Made by a program: the position numbers and the translations under genes. Shown in pieces: positions 36,909 to 48,777 of a DNA stretch of 64,000 bases. The stretch comes from Mobula birostris. Lineage: Eukaryota. The notes beneath the pieces are model-generated. The model made no database searches, was not told where the DNA came from, and saw nothing but the letters and a program-made list of their open reading frames with translations. The stretch is taken from assembly GCF_030028105.1 (NCBI RefSeq), contig NC_092371.1, positions 14,095,884 to 14,159,883 on the forward strand, read 5' to 3'. Every line of letters begins with the position of its first letter. Position 1 is the first letter of the stretch.

Positions 36909-38167
36909 AACATCAGGAATTCTGCAGATGCTGGAAATTCAAGCAACACACATAAAAGTTGCTGGTGAACGCAGAAGGCCAGGCAGCATCTCTAGGAAGA
37001 GGTACAGTCGACGTTTCAGGCCGAGACCCTTCGTCAGGACTAACTGAAGGAAGAGTGAGTAAGGGTTTTGAAAGTTGGAGGGGGAGGGGGAGATCCAAAA
37101 TGATAGGAGAAGACAGGAGGGGGAGGGATGGAGCCAAGAAATGGACAGGTGATAGGCAAAAGGGATACGAGAGGTTTATGGGACAGGAGGTCCGGGAAGA
37201 AAGACAAGGGGGGGGGGGGGGAGGATCCAGAGGATGAGCAAAGGATATATTCAGAGGGACAGAGGGAGAAAAAGGAGATTGAGAGAAAGAATGTGTGTAT
37301 AAAAATAAGTAACAGATGGGGTACGAGGGGGAGGTGGGGCATTAGCGGAAGTTAGAGAAGTCGATGTTCATGCCATCAGGTTGGAGGCTACCCAGACGGA
37401 ATATAAGGTGTCGTTCCTCCAACCTGAGCGTGGCTTCATCTTTACAGTAGGGGAGGCCGTGGATAGACATGTCAGAATGGGAATGGGATGTGGATTTAAA
37501 ATCTGTGGCCACTGGGAGACCCTGCTTTCTCTGGCGGACAGAGCGTAGATGTTCAGCAAAACGGTCTCCCAGTCTGCGTCGGGTCTCGCCAATATATACA
37601 GGGCCACATGGGGAGCACGGGACGCAGTATATCACCCCAGCCGACTCACAGGTGAAGTGTTGCCTCACCTGGAAGGACTGTTTGTGGTCCTGAATGGTGG
37701 TAAGGGAGGAAGTGTAAGGGCATGTGTAGCACTTGTTCCGCTTACACGGATAAGTGCCAGGAGGGAGATCAGTGCAGAGTGATGGGGGGGAGGGGGGACG
37801 AATGGACAAGGGAGTTGCGTAGGGAGTGATCCCTGCGGAATGCAGATGGTGGGGGGGGAGGGAAAGATGTGCTTAGTGGTGGGATCCCGTTGGAGGTGGC
37901 GGAAGTTACGGAGAATAATATGTTGGACCTGGAGGCTGGTGGGGTGTTAGGTGAAGACCAGGGGAACCCTATTCCTAGTGGGGTGGCGGGAGGATGGAGT
38001 GAGAGCAGATATACGTGAAATGGGGGAGATGCGTTTAAGAGCAGAGTTGATAGTGGAGGAAGGGAAGCCCTTTCTTTAAAAAAGGAAGACATCTCCCTCG
38101 TCCTAGAATGAAAAGCCTCATCCTGAGAGCAGATGCGGCGAAGACGGAGGAATTGCGAGAAGGGGAT
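36909..38167 (-). mobile_element. Young Penelope-like element fragment, unit B only (GIY-YIG domain with open frame + terminal repeat)
   Basis: ORF 37342-37809: YPCKRNKCYTC..VIYCVPCSPCGPVYIGETRRRLGDRFAEHLRS..GMNIDFSNFR; absent from A and C. Confidence 0.93.
37006..37041 (-). ncRNA. Minimal type I hammerhead ribozyme motif (PLE-associated)
   Basis: Minus strand AGUC-CUGACGA-AGG GUCUCGG CCU-GAAA-CGUC/GACU: perfect core, 4-bp stem I, GUC cleavage triplet, palindromic loopless stem III. Confidence 0.75.
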
Positions 38168-40413
38168 CCTCATTTCCCCCAGAAACACACATTATTGCTG
38201 CTCTCCCTGTTCCACTCTCTATTGAGTTCCCTGTCACTACTGCTCCTTTCTTCTCTCTCATTCGCTTCTGCACCACGGACCCATGCGAAGTGCCTGCAAC
38301 CCGGTCGCCGTGGCATTCTCTCGGGTGGTCTTCCTCCACAGAAGTATCCAAAGCGGTATACTTGTTTTTGAGGGTTATGGCCACAGGAGTACTCTTCTCT
38401 AACTGCCCATTTCCATTTCTCCTGACAGTCACGCAGCTACTCTCCTCTTGCAACTTCGGGGTGACTACTTCCTTGTAACTTTGATCAATTATATCCTCGC
38501 TCTCCTCACATTAAGGAAGTGACTGCAGATCACCCGGGACACAGGGTTAGAAAACGTGATCGGCAAATCTCTTGGTGATCTCTTGGTAATCGTGTCATAA
38601 CTTACGCAGTGGATCGATTCGCAATCAGCGGACATGGTGCATGTTGATTATCAGCAGGCCACATGTGAAGTGATTCTCAAGAGTTCGCTTTGAAAGGAAA
38701 TGCAGCTGTTCACAGTGTACATCCAAACAAATGGACAAGGGAACGAAGTGTAATATTGCCATGTTTGTTGGTTATCAGGGTTATCAGGACAGTGCAGAAT
38801 GACTGAGTTGATGTTCACAGAGCAAAACAGGCAGGGATAAGAAATACCGAATAAAATGTGGAAAACTTGAGGTGATGTGCAGAAAAAATGTTCTAAATTG
38901 GAGTCTCTTTCAATGGCGAAAGGGTGAAGTCATGTTTGCAAGTTCATGTTGCAGTTTACTGCCAATTAACCATACAGATATAAACAAACGAACCACCTTT
39001 CCTCTGAGGCCAAGGTGAATAACACAGTAGCTAAAGCTAGACACATTAGATACAGTAACGATCCAACACAGGCAGTGAGAAAATAGATGTTTGCACAAGT
39101 GTCTGAGCGGCATGGCCTGAAGATCGACCAGTTGACATAAAGTGTGAAGTGAATATTTACGTAAGGGAAAATAATGTTTATTTATCCATCTATTTATGTA
39201 TGTCTGTATTTATTTGTTTGTATTTGCACAGTTTGACTTATTTGGCACATTGGCTGTTTGTTCGTCTTAGTATTTAGCTTTACATTGCTTCCATTGTATT
39301 CCTTTATATGTATTTTGAATGCCCACAAGTCAATGAAACTCAGGTTTGTGTATAATGACTTACCGCACTTTGACAGTAAATTTATTTTGAACTTTGAGTT
39401 TTATAATTCCAAGCCTGTGACCACCGACTGATTTATAAGCCTCAATTTAATCAATCCAGTGGTTTCTGATCAGTGGTCCTCCCCAGAGGTTGATGGCGAA
39501 GTAAGGTCATGGAACGTCACGGGCTGGTGGTCAGATCCTTTCCTGTTGACAGAGCACATTGCTAGAACTAATGTAGTCAGGCAGAAGTTTGCTCCTACTA
39601 GTCTTGCATGACTATTTTCGGAGTCTTGTTTCATGTCTTGATATCTCACTGTCGGAAAATTACATGAATGGGGTTTCAGATGAACGTTCTCGGACGTAAA
39701 CGGCGACTGCCTATTTCCCTGCATAGGTACTACCTGATCAGTTCAATCCTTCCAGCTTTTTCTGACTTGCTCCAGATTCCAGCATCTGCATCCGTTTGCA
39801 TCACCGGTGCAATCATTGCTGAACATCCCTAATTCCCATCTAATGTTACCCGGAAGGTTCACTGCCGAGAGGAGCACTCCTGATGCTCTGCTGCGTTGAT
39901 TGCATTCCACTGCAACCCCTTTGCACAATGACTGACCCCAATATCCGACGTCGAATGAAATTCTGCCCAGGCCCGCTTCAGAGACTACAGACAAAAACAC
40001 TTGTCGGTTGAGAGTTACGCATTTTAGCGACAAACTTTATTCTCTGATAAGCAGAGTAGCGACATGCTTTCTGCAGGAATGATATATGCAGATAGGAACC
40101 AATGCGTTGTCGAGGTAATTTTAGGATGGCATAGAGACCTTGTAGTAATTTGATGTGATCTTAAAAAGTTTTGTTCGAATTAGCCATTCTGAGGAGAAAC
40201 GAGGCGTCGAATGCCACCACCACCCACACCTACTATTCCAGAGGGAAGCAGCCAAAATAATGTCTAAAATAATTTTAGCCTGAGCATTCTCCAAAGTTCT
40301 GCAGGCCTGGATATGTAATACAACTGAAGATGAAACAATCTTGAAATTCGGGGTTAAGGTTTTAAAAATCAGCAAGATGGCCATTCAAAGTTTCTGAAGG
40401 TAAGCTAGTCAAT

Positions 40414-40469
40414 CTCCGCCCACATTCTTTCCCTGGCTCCGCCTACTCATTTACATCGCAATTAATAAA
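40414..40469 (+). promoter_or_regulatory. IgL cluster 2 promoter: GC boxes, ATTTACAT (40449-40456), ATTAATAAA (40461-40469)
   Basis: Homologous to 8291-8345. Confidence 0.7.
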
Positions 40470-40587
40470 CGGACCCGAAGACCCCAGTTTGCTGACTCTG
40501 AAAGCGGAGGGCTTCCCGAAGTGTGCAGAACAACGCATGGTTCGGTCGGAATTTTTGGGCGCTCGCTGTCTGCACCTGTCCGGAGGA

Positions 40588-40636
40588 ATGTCCCCAGCGC
40601 TGCATCTCCTGTGGGTTCTGCTGGTTCATTTAGCAG
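40588..40636 (+). CDS. IgL: Ig light chain cluster 2, leader exon (MSPALHLLWVLLVHLA-)
   Basis: Phase-1 donor G|GTGAGA; 106-bp intron ending TTTTAG at 40742. Confidence 0.92.
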
Positions 40637-40742
40637 GTGAGAGTCGGATTGGTTTACGCCGGATTTTCTGTTAAAATTGGGATTACTGCTGATTTTTATT
40701 TTGCTCCAAGTCACCCAGTGGTTTTATTGTGTTTTATTTTAG

Positions 40743-41096
40743 ATATCCAAGCGGCCCCAGTGCTCAATCAGACCCCAATATCCGGACCTGTTTCCGCGGG
40801 ACAAACCGCCCGCTTACAGTGTCGGATACAGAACGGTAATGTTGCAAGTTTACACATGAGCTGGTACCGACAGCGTCCCGGGGCGAGACCGGATGGGTTG
40901 CTAGTACATGAGACGGACAATGACATATACCGAGGGCCAGGGATCACAAACCGTTTTCAGCCGTCCAGAGACACCTCCAGCAACAGTCACATCCTGACCA
41001 TCAGCAGTTTAGAACCCCGGGATTCCGCCGTCTATTACTGTGGAGCGTGGGATAATGGAGTTATCTTCGGTCCAGGCACCATCCTGGATATTAAGA
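40743..41096 (+). CDS. IgL: Ig light chain cluster 2, germline-joined VJ exon (sigma-cart/type I/NS5-like)
   Basis: 354 nt as in copy 1; open frame, both Cys and the Trp retained; YYC-GAWDNGVI-FGPGTILDIK; donor A|GTAAGT. Confidence 0.95.
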
Positions 41097-42778
41097 GTAA
41101 GTGGATTCCTCATTCTGTTACAAACAATTCCTACTGCAGCCACTCTCATGCCCCACAGCTGGATAAAGTCCCGGCCAAGGGGGGCAGGTACCATCTGTCT
41201 CAGTCTGGCATAAGGGCCGTTCAGCCCATCGAGTCAACCCCAACAATCAAATTAATGACCGCTTGACTTGTGAACAAATTTTTTGTTGGACACTTTTGAT
41301 CTACTTCAGTCGGTGTAGCAGAATTCAATACTTTCCGACATACCTTCTCTTTAACACAATAGGCTCCGTGCATTGTATTATTAGTATTGGTTTACTTTTG
41401 CCACTTTTCACAAGATACAATGAAAAATTTGTTTTGCATACTGTCCGTAAATATCACGTGATGACGGTGCATTGAGTTAAGCACAGCTTAATGCAGAATA
41501 AAAGTTAACAGCCACAGAGGAAATGCAGTGCGGGCAGATAAGTTGCAAGATCATAAGGAGGTAGATTGTGTGGTCAATCATCCATTTTATTTTATCAGAG
41601 AACCATTTAATAGTCTTATTACAGCGGCCCCACTATGATGTCAGATTAAACCAATCCCTGCTATCTGCACATACTCCATATCCCTCCATTCTCAGCACAC
41701 TCATGTCTCCGTCTAACAGCTTCTAAAACGTCCCTATCGTGTCTACCTCCTCCAGCTCGTGCACCCATCGCTCTGTATAAAAGGTAAAAATTCACCGAAC
41801 TTCTCCTCTCGGCTGAGCTTTCTGCCCTGGGGAAAAAATCTTGACTGTCGATCCTATCGCTATCTCACATACTGTCTTGAATAATGTTAACACCTAATTC
41901 TGGGTCGCTACCACAAGCATGACATCTACCCTTCCCTCTTCATTCACCACCTCTAAGAACATGTTTGTCGCGAATATTTCATAATTTTTCTGGGTGCGGT
42001 AAATCCTGGACCACAGGGCAGGACGTTGACTGCTCTAAGTTAACGCAATTCTCAGTTTCTGATTAAGAACCGCGTCATTATGATTGTAGAAAACACAGGA
42101 GAGAAACGTCAGACTTAAAAAAAATACACTATGGGAAGGTGCTGGGCAGACAACAGACAGGTCACAGAGTTGAGCGGCAACAGGCGGGTTAGTACCGGTT
42201 CGGAATGATATCTGGATATGAACGAGTCGTTTCGCCTTTTCCCGCTTCTCTCCGGTTCACAGACCAGCTCTTTTTTCCATCATTTCCTCTTCAGCCACTG
42301 GGTACCGAGTCTTGGATATTCACTGAGCTTCCCCGACTTCGGGACATCCCAAAGAACCTTCTTTCTATCATTAACTGAAAGTGTAATACTCTCAGTTATT
42401 TTCCTAAGAGTTGAAGATTTGGGGAGTTATTGAGAACAACAAGGAACTGGTCTCACTAGAGGGACCAATCATATGGGCACGGTGTGGGCAATCAGCAAAG
42501 AGATTGAGTAGTGTTGAAGTTCTCTTTTAGCACAATGCAGTACCGAGAGCAGAATTGATTCAAAAACATTTCTCTTAAATAAACGATGTGACCTCGCAGC
42601 TGTGCAAGGCTGCGAATAAATCGGGCAACTCGTCATTCAAAGCTTTGAGCCTGAGGGGTCAGATGTGCCGTTTACTGTGTCCCAATGACTGTGTTAATTT
42701 CTGCGCTGGTGTTTCTGTCTTTGAACAGTCCATGAAATAATATTGTTTCTATTCCCCTTCGTCTCCTCTCTCACACAG

Positions 42779-43104
42779 GTAGCGATTCCCGGGAGCCCTC
42801 AGTTCTTCTGCTCCCTCCCTCTCCGGAGGAGACCGGCACAGGTTCGGCCACTCTGTCCTGTCTGGTGAGTGGATTTAAGCCGGGCTTGGTAGCGCTGCGC
42901 TGGAGCGTGGATGGAGTCGAGACGGAGAACGGGGTGACAACAGGCGCCGTGGCCCTGGACACTGACCAGACCTACAGGCTGAGCAGTTACCTGCGGCTAA
43001 CCACCGCTGCCTGGAACAAGGGCTCGAGTTATTCCTGCAGCGTGAGCCACAGCTCGCTGAGCTCGCCGCTGCGCAACACCATCTCTTCATCCGCCTGTGC
43101 GTAG
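42779..43104 (+). CDS. IgL: Ig light chain cluster 2, constant exon
   Basis: Acceptor CACAG; 20 nt differences from copy 1, mostly synonymous; ends SSACA*. Confidence 0.96.
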
Positions 43105-43389
43105 TGAGAGTGTGCCGGCTGGCAGCACACGCGGATTGTTTGTTTTTGTTTAATGCAGTGAAGCAATGATTGGGTCAGCCCATTGCAATGTAATTGTGTA
43201 GTTATGTTCGCTTATGGAAACAATCAGAATGTTTAATAATTTCAGAACAGTTGGCAACAATAATCCATCTTTTGCGAGGGATAATTTTGTGTAGAATTGT
43301 TCCCACTGTGCTGTGTATCAACCACCGTTCTGTCTAGATTCACGATCGATCTCCCGTGCTGTGATTGGAATTTGTGTAACATATCTCTA

Positions 43390-43395
43390 AATAAA
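43390..43395 (+). terminator. Probable polyadenylation signal of IgL cluster 2
   Basis: AATAAA homologous to 11280-11285. Confidence 0.6.
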
Positions 43396-46300
43396 AGAGG
43401 AAACAGCGGTAGATTTATCGTGTCTTGCATTTACTGGGCTGCTGGAACTATGTTGGGATGAATGGTCGTGGACAACATGCCGTCTAGGAGCCCCAATCAG
43501 ACTTACAGTTCAATCGACTCCGACATCTTAATCCGCTTACTTCTCTCTGTGTTCTGAGCATTCTTTGTCCGTCGGCACTCACCCCCGCATTCACCGGAAC
43601 CTTCTATTCCCCGTCGTCCTGAACTTCTGCTCTTCATTTACACTCATCCCTGTGGGAGGGAGAGCAACATTCTCACTGCCTTTTGGCCAATGTCTTACCA
43701 TCATTGAGAGTGTTACACTGTAGGGATGTTTCCCCGTGACGTGACCATTCTCTTCATCGATTCCGTTAGCTCTTGAATGAAGGCCATCGGCCTCACTTCC
43801 CGCCCTGACACCACCGTCACCACCCGCCACACCCGCACACTAGCTTCTGTAACTCATAGTTATATTCAAAGTTTAAGGTAAATTTGTTGTCAAAGTTTGT
43901 ATACGTCTTCATATGCGACCCTGAGTTTCATGTTCTTACAGATAATCACAGTTGAATAAAAAGGTAGAACAGATGGAATGAAAAACTACACACAAAGACG
44001 AATAACAGCAAATCAATAAATGGATAGATTGAAAGAGAGATAGATAACTTAATAAAACACACATGAATAGATAAATCAATTAAACTCAGTCAATCATAAA
44101 CAGTTAAACAAACGGATAAAGGTATAATGGATAAATACATAAAAAATACTGAGGACATGAGTTTGAAAGTGAGTCTATAGATCGTGGAATCAGTTCAGAG
44201 ATGTGGTGATTAAAGTCATCCACTTTGGTTCAGGGGCCTGATGGTTGAACTCTTCCTGAAACTTGTCGTGCTGGATCTATGACTGTAATTGCAGACGGGA
44301 GAGAGTTGCCGCAGCGCAAAACATGTGTAAGATGACAGCAGAGATCCGTTTAATTATGTTAAGGTTATATCTTGCTTGACCAATAGCGTGATCTTTATGG
44401 AGGGTATGACTGATAAGACGACTGCGAGCTTTAGTTCCTTGTACAAACAACGAATTCAGTAACATTTCACACAAGTTATTTAAGGTTGCCTGACCTTCAG
44501 ATTTCTTCAAGAATTTCGTGTAGAAATCAGACATCGTTATTAATGAGGTTTGTTATGTTGGTTGGGTGATGTCAACCTGTGCTTGGACTTCCACTGATCA
44601 TTAATAACCACACTAATCACTCTATTTATGGACAGTACAGAGCAATGCGCGCTACATGAGAGAAAATAAATCCTGTCCATAAGGTAGAAATCCAATGAAC
44701 AATCGGGCAAATGAAGCCCACACTTGGGTTACTGGAACAATTAACTTTTTTCATGTTCTAAAATATCTTTGGAAATACAGGGACTGTCAATCGCATTATA
44801 AAATACTAAAAACAGAAAAATCAATGAACATAAAGAGAGTACATTAAATATTACAAAAATTAGCTTTATTTGTCAGACGTAGAAAGAAACATACAGCGCT
44901 GTGTGGCATCTTATCAAACACCTTCTGAAAATTCAAGTAAATGTGTCCACTGCCTCTCTTTTGTCCACGTTGCTCGTTACTTCCTCGAAGAACTAACAGA
45001 GTAGTGCAAGGTTTCCTTTTGTCGAAACCATGCTGATTTTAACTTAGTTTATCGTTAGTCTCCAAGTATCCCAAAACTTCATTCTTACTAATAGACTCCA
45101 ACAATGCCCAAACACTGAGGTTAGGCTAATGGGCATACAATTTCATTTCTGAAAGAGTGAAGTAAATTTGTAATTTTATAGTCCTCCGTGACCATGCCAG
45201 AATGAAGTGATTCTTGATAAATCATGACCAATGCCTCTGTTAGCTCTTCAGTAACCTCTCTCGGCCAGCTTAAGACCCTTCAGTTGTCTAGCACTTTTTC
45301 CTTTGTAGTAGCCGTAACATTCACTCCTGCTGCCTGACACTCGCAGACCTATGGCATACTGCTAGTGTCATCCACAGTGCAGACAAATGCAATGTACCCA
45401 TTAAGATCATCTGCCATTTCTTTGTCGCCCATTACTACGTCAACAGCATTATTTTCCAGTGGTCCAATATCAACTCTCAGCTCCCTTATACTCTTCATGT
45501 AACTGCTGACTATTCCTTATCATATTATGCCTCTCTAAATTTTCATAAATCCTGCCTCTCAGAATCTTGTCCATCAACTTACCGACCGTTGAAGTAAGAC
45601 TTACTGGTCCATAATTTCCTGGGCTATCTCTACTTCGTTTCTTGAATAATGGAATAACATCCGCAAACCTCTAATCCTCCGGAACCTCTCCCGTCCCCAT
45701 TGATAATAAAAAGATCACCGCCAGAGCTCAGCAATATCCTGCCTCGCCTCTTACATTAGCTTGTGGTACATCTCGTTCGGGCCCTTAGACTATCCAGCTG
45801 GCTGCTTTCAAAAAGCTCCTGCACATCCTTTTTCTTACTATCCACATGCTCAAGCTTTTCAGTCCGTATGACTATACAGACCAGCATTGACCAGCTGAAC
45901 TGAATACCTGTTTCCGTGCTGTGGGATTCTGTGACTCTATGAATCTGCTTATTTCATGCCAGTTTAATAGTTCACAGTCATTTTTAATATTATCTATGTG
46001 AGGTGGTTTGAGCTTGATGACAATTTTTATGCATCCATTCTGAAAATGTTGGAAACGATGCGACGAAACGGTCTTGCATTTCCATAGCGCCTTTCATGCT
46101 CTGGATGCTGTCCAGAGACTTTTCTTTCCCAATGCGTTTTCTGAGAAGTGCCAGTCAATGGCAAGATCATGACTGGGTGACTGTCAGGAGAAAGACAAAT
46201 GTGAATAGACAGTTAGCACAGAGCACCCCTGTGGCCATTCCCCTTAATAATAAGTATAACGTTGTGGGGTGACCTCACAGGAGAACCACGGAGACCGGGT

Positions 46301-46659
46301 TTTTGGCACTGAGCATGCATCCATGGTCCAGAAGGGAAAGAGAAAGAAGTGGGGATCGGGATTGACAGGAGACTCAATGGTCAGAGGAACAGACAGGAGA
46401 TTCTGTGGACGTGAATGGGACACCCGCATGGTATGTTGCGTCTCAGGTGCCAGAGTCAGGGACGTGTCAAATCGCGTCTACAAAAATTTTGGAGATGAAG
46501 GGAGAGCAGCCAGTCGTCTTGGTACATATGGTACCAATGACATAGGAAGGAAAAGCGGAGAGGTTCTGAGAATTAAGTAAGAGAATTTAGAGAGAGGGGC
46601 CTAATTTCTGGATTGCTGCCTGTGCATCTGGAGGAGGAGGTATGACCTGTTCAGAATAA

Positions 46660-48075
46660 TAATGCGAGCTGGCTTAATGAATAGCGCCCGGTAGCACTTA
46701 CATCTACAGTGATGAAATACTTGAACAGCTTGGCCATGACTAGCCTGAACTCCTGCCTCAGTAAGGACCTGGACCCATTGCAATTTGCCGAGCACTACAA
46801 TAGGTCGACGGCAGATGCAATCTCAATGGCTCTTCACACGGTTTTAGACCAGCTGGACACCACAAACACTACAGCTCAGCATTTCATACTGATATTCCCA
46901 CAATCATGACCGCGAAACTGCAGAACCTGGTCCTCTGTACTTTCCTCTGCAATTGGATCCCCGATTTCCTAATCGGAGGACGACGATCTGAGCGGATTAA
47001 TGACGAAATCATCTCTTCGCTGACGATCAACACTAGTGCACGTCAGGGGTTTGTACTTAGCTCACCGCTCTACTCTGAATATACCCATGACAGTGTGGCT
47101 ATGCATAGCTGAAATAACATCTACAAATTTGCTGATGATACACCCATTGTTGGCAGAATCTCAGGTGGTGATGAAAGGGCGGGCAGGAGTGAGATATGCC
47201 AACTAGTGGAACGGTGTCGCAGCAAAAACCTGACATTCAACGTCAGTAAGACGAAAGAGCTGATTGTGGACTTCCAGAAGTGTAAGACCAAGGAATACAT
47301 GCATAGCAATCCTCACAGAGGGATCAGAAGTGGAGGGAGTGAGCAGTTCCAAGTTCCTGGGTGTCAAGATCTATGAGGATCAAACCTGGTCCCAACATAT
47401 TACTGTAGCTATTAATATTAAAGAAGGCAAGACAGTGGTTATGCTTCATTGGGAGTTTAAAGAGATTTGGTATGCCAACAAATACACGTAAAAACTTCGA
47501 TAGATGTACTGTAGAGAGCATTCTGACAGGCTGCATCACTGTTTCGTATACGGGGTGGGGGAGGGGTTGGTGGTGGTTGTGCTACTGCACAGGACCGAAT
47601 AAAGATGCAGAGGGTTATAAATTCAGTCGGCTCCATCTTGGGTACTAGCCGACAAAGTACGCAGGACATCTTCAAGGAGCGGTGTTTCAGAAAGGCAGCG
47701 TCCATTATTAAGGTCCTCTAACACCCAGGGCATGCCCTTTGTTCACTGTTACCATCGGATAGGAGATTCAGAAGCCTGAAGGCTTACACTCAGCGATTCA
47801 GCAACATCTTATTCCCCTCTGCCATCCCATTCTTAAATGGACATTGATCCCTTGGATACTACCTGAAATATTAATATAAACTATTTCTGTTTTTTTTTTG
47901 CACGATTTTTAATCTATTCAACACACGAATACTATAATTGATTTAGCTATTATTATTGTTATTTTATTTTTTATTATTTTTTCAATATTATGTGTTGCAT
48001 TGAACTGCTGTTGCTAAGTTAACAATTTTCACATCACATGCCGATGATAATAATCCTGATTCTGATTCTGATTCA
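46660..48075 (+). mobile_element. Rex1/Babar LINE fragment with intact 3' tail
   Basis: DLDPLQFA..NRSTADAISMALHT; ends 'gataataatcctgattctgattctgattc'. Confidence 0.88.
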
Positions 48076-48777
48076 AAAGTGTTGGGTTGCACGTAAACAC
48101 GAGGGGGACCAATATTCTCGCCAGCAGGTTTTCGGGAATATTGACACGGTTTAAAAGAGGGTCCTTCTAGCTCTCTTCAGATTGCGGATCTCATAGTTCA
48201 ACCAGGGTCCCTGGTGGGAATAATTCTGAATGATTTTCTGAGTACTCACTCATGTACGGCTGTTTTTAGATACTCCGTGACAACGGTTCCGTGTTCATTC
48301 AGATACTCAGATGTGTCATTGAACGCGGCCCAGTCCACCGAGTAGAAGCAGTCCCGTAGCCCATCCCCCGCTTTCTGCGACCGTCCCTTTGTTGGACACG
48401 AGCCGAGAAAACCCATCCTGTGAAAACCCAGAGCCAGAGCGTGGATCAGCACTTGGAACTATGATGTTGAGTCCATCACAGAGACTTGGATGGTGCAGGG
48501 GCAGGAATGGCTAGTTCAAGTGCCAGGCTTCAGAAGTTTCAGAAAGCACAGGGAGCGAGGCAAAAGAGCTGAGAGCGTGATCAGAGACAGTGTCACGGCT
48601 GCAGAAAAGGAGGAGGTCATGGAGGGGTTGACTATGGAGTCTCTATGGGTGGAAGTTAGGAATACGAAGGGGCCAATAACTCGACTGGGTGTTTCTGATA
48701 GGCTACCCAATAGTAAAAGGGACATCGAGGTGCAGAAAGGGAGACATATTCTGGAAAGGAGTAATAATAACAGGGTT

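Larger units (their letters stand above)
35445..38480 (-). mobile_element. CR1 (homolog of 4285-6350) interrupted by a Penelope insertion
   Basis: Colinear with A 4285-5760 and A 6041-6350. Confidence 0.88.

Noticed and set aside
43282-43310. Cryptic RSS-like TAATTTTGT-13nt-CACTGTG in the cluster 2 3'UTR
   Set aside because: Nonamer only 6/9, 13-nt spacer, and the heptamer is CATTGTG in cluster 1.
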